Shown here: one piece after another, positions 62,074-64,000 of the stretch
Layout of the letters: each line of letters starts with the position of its first letter
Position numbering within the stretch: position 1 is the first letter of the stretch
From: Candidatus Krumholzibacteriota bacterium
GTDB taxonomy: Bacteria; Krumholzibacteriota; Krumholzibacteriia; JAJRXK01
NCBI GenBank assembly: GCA_963764625.1
Contig: CAVXTH010000009.1
Span: 960,001 to 1,024,000 of the forward strand
Length of the DNA stretch: 64,000 nt
Direction of reading: 5' to 3'
The notes under the pieces: model-generated
Databases searched by the model: none
What the model was told of the DNA's origin: nothing
What the model saw: only the letters and a program-made list of their open reading frames with translations
Position numbers and translations under genes: made by a program

Positions 62074-62921
62074 TGCGGATGCACCGGCGCAAGCTGCGTA
62101 TTCTATCTGCTTTTTCGATTCTCTTCGCGAGCCTGGTTTCGACGGAGGCGTTCGCGGACAAGCCCATCCTCCAGAAGAGCCCCATCAAGGACGTCTCTTT
62201 CGAACAGCACCTGGGCCAGCAGGTCGATCTCGACTTGAATTTCAAGGACGAGAACGGTCAAGAGATCCGTCTGGGAGACTACTTCCATGAGGGCAAGCCG
62301 GTCATCCTGGCGCTGGTGTATTACGAGTGTCCGATGCTCTGCACCATGGTGCTCAACGGAGTGGTACGCAGTCTCAGGCCTCTCTCGCTGTCACCCTCCA
62401 AGGACTTCGAGGTCGTCATCGTGAGCTTCAATCCCAAGGAAGGCCCCGAGTTGGCCATGAAGAAGCGAACGGGCTACCTCAAGAGCTACGATCGACCAGG
62501 TACCGAGGACGGCTGGCATTTCCTGACCGGTGAACCGGCCGCCATCGACTCCCTCACGAGCGAAGCCGGGTTCCACTACGTCTACGACGAGGCGACCGAA
62601 CAGTATGCCCACGCGACCGGCATCATGGTGCTGACTCCCAAGGGCGTCTTTTCGCGCTACCTCTACGGAATCGACTACGCCCCGAAGGATCTCCGCCTCT
62701 CGCTCGCCGAGGCGAGCGGCGGCAAAGTGGGTGGGCTGGTGGCCCAGGCACTTCTGCTCTGCTACAAGTACGATCCCGCCACCGGGAAGTACGGAGCCAC
62801 GGTGATGTTCTTCGTGCGGCTGGCCGGCGTGCTCACGATCATCGCGATCGTGGGCTTCATCCTCCTAAGCCGACGTCGCGATCACCATCGGAACCACCAG
62901 CAAGCCGGGGGTGTGGCCTAG
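62070..62921 (+). CDS. SCO/SenC copper chaperone
   Basis: YYECPMLC (CxxxC), WHFLTG, YAH, RYLYG. Confidence 0.92.
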   Translation: MMRMHRRKLRILSAFSILFASLVSTEAFADKPILQKSPIKDVSFEQHLGQQVDLDLNFKDENGQEIRLGDYFHEGKPVILALVYYECPMLCTMVLNGVVRSLRPLSLSPSKDFEVVIVSFNPKEGPELAMKKRTGYLKSYDRPGTEDGWHFLTGEPAAIDSLTSEAGFHYVYDEATEQYAHATGIMVLTPKGVFSRYLYGIDYAPKDLRLSLAEASGGKVGGLVAQALLLCYKYDPATGKYGATVMFFVRLAGVLTIIAIVGFILLSRRRDHHRNHQQAGGVA

Positions 62922-62923
62922 GC

Positions 62924-63895
62924 ATGCTCGCGTTCCTTCGCTTATTCCCCGAGCGAGCCTCCACCATCGCGGGTCAGGTGGACGCCGTATTTCTGTTCAC
63001 CCTGGCGGTGACGGTCTTTTTCATCGCGCTCATCTCGGCCGTCATCGTCTTCTTCATGATCCGCTACAAACGGCGCGGTGAGGACTCCATCGGCAAGCCC
63101 ACCCGCGACTACGCGGTGCTCGAGCTGACCTGGACCATCGTTCCGCTCATCATACTGCTGTTCATCTTCGCCTGGGGCGCGAAGGTGTTCTTCGCCGCCT
63201 CGCGTCCGCCGAGCAATGCGGTCGAGTACTATTGCACCGGCAAGCGGTGGATGTGGAAGTTCCAGCATCCGGAGGGCAACCGCGAGATCAACACCCTGCA
63301 CGTTCCCGTGGACACTCCGATCAAAGTGTCGATCACTTCCGAGGACGTGATTCACTCCTTCTTCGTGCCCGCGTTTCGGGTGAAGATGGATGCCGTTCCC
63401 GGCCGTTACACTACTGCGTGGTTCCAGGCCAAAAAGGTGGGGACGTACCACCTCTTCTGCGCCGAGTATTGCGGTGCAGGGCATTCAAAGATGATCGGCC
63501 ACATCATCGTGATGGAGCCGCACGACTACGAGCGGTGGCTCCAGGGCAGCCTTCCCGAGACCAGTATCGCCAGCAACGGCAAACAGCTCTTCACCGACAA
63601 GTCGTGTATTACTTGCCATCGTGCGGATACCAATGCGCGCGCGCCCTACCTGCAGCATGCCTTCGGCAAGGACGTGAAATTGACCAACGGCGACGTGGTG
63701 AAATTCGACGACGGCTACGTGCGTGAATCGATCATGAATCCCCAGGCGAAAGTCGTGCAGGGCTATCAGCCGATCATGCCCACCTTCAAGGGGCAACTCA
63801 CCGAAGACGAACTCCGAGAACTCATCATGTACATCAAGTCCCTCAGTGACTCGACAGCCACCGAGAACAGTGCGGGAAACGGATCCGGGGAATAG
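62924..63895 (+). CDS. coxB: Cytochrome c oxidase subunit II with fused cytochrome c (caa3-type)
   Basis: LELTWT, DVIHSF, CuA motif CAEYCGAGHSKM, C-terminal CITCH. Confidence 0.95.
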   Translation: MLAFLRLFPERASTIAGQVDAVFLFTLAVTVFFIALISAVIVFFMIRYKRRGEDSIGKPTRDYAVLELTWTIVPLIILLFIFAWGAKVFFAASRPPSNAVEYYCTGKRWMWKFQHPEGNREINTLHVPVDTPIKVSITSEDVIHSFFVPAFRVKMDAVPGRYTTAWFQAKKVGTYHLFCAEYCGAGHSKMIGHIIVMEPHDYERWLQGSLPETSIASNGKQLFTDKSCITCHRADTNARAPYLQHAFGKDVKLTNGDVVKFDDGYVRESIMNPQAKVVQGYQPIMPTFKGQLTEDELRELIMYIKSLSDSTATENSAGNGSGE

Positions 63896-63898
63896 ACC

Positions 63899-64000
63899 AT
63901 GACGACGATGGAAACCGCGCCCGAGGCGCCACGGCAAATGCCAGATTATTTACACGATGGCTACGGAGTGAAGTCGTGGTTGTTGACCACCGACCACAAA
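63899..64000 (+). CDS. coxA: Cytochrome c oxidase subunit I, N-terminal fragment (truncated by window end)
   Basis: MTTMETAPEAPRQMPDYLHDGYGVKSWLLTTDHK; WL.T.DHK is the start of family-A subunit I. Confidence 0.88.
   Translation, partial: MTTMETAPEAPRQMPDYLHDGYGVKSWLLTTDHK

Noticed and set aside
1-64000. CRISPR arrays, IS/prophage genes, rRNA/tRNA, defence systems
   Set aside because: No regularly spaced repeats, transposase/integrase motifs or RNA-gene signatures seen by eye; nearly all sequence is explained by housekeeping genes.

Overview
GC-rich core-genome window from a diderm bacterium. LPS/Kdo and Lpt genes, a SprA-type T9SS translocon, alternative complex III and a Man-type PTS with HprK suggest, by inference, an FCB-superphylum lineage outside classical Bacteroidota. 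Gene order: argS 3' end, pfkB, a conserved hypothetical, an 11-aa micropeptide, a membrane HD-GYP protein, purM, a Fis-HTH protein, lnt, purN, a candidate sigma54-driven structured RNA on the minus strand, SDR, two PTPS genes, folE, trxB, rplU-rpmA, kdsB-pyrG-kdsA-kdsC-kdsD-lpxL-lptC-lptB-rpoN-hpf-hprK-PTS(Man EIIABCD, HPr, EI)-pgi/pmi-nucleotidyltransferase-metK, lptGF, sprA, an M28/glutaminyl cyclase, the rimP-nusA-infB-rbfA-truB-ribF-rpsO-pnp cluster, an M16 peptidase, and actABCDEFG-sco-coxB-coxA. About 11 single-base frameshifts, one in pyrG, most likely reflect sequencing error. No tRNA, rRNA, CRISPR or mobile element was seen. Most promising unexplained signals: (1) a ~140-nt rod-shaped minus-strand RNA behind a consensus sigma54 promoter (7862-8028); (2) the hypothetical + MFWVLGSKVKW micropeptide + membrane HD-GYP module, a candidate peptide-sensing c-di-GMP system; (3) sigma54 sites upstream of an AAA+-less Fis-HTH gene and overlapping the promoter of the rpoN operon; (4) a tetrahydrobiopterin-like SDR/PTPS-II/folE cluster.
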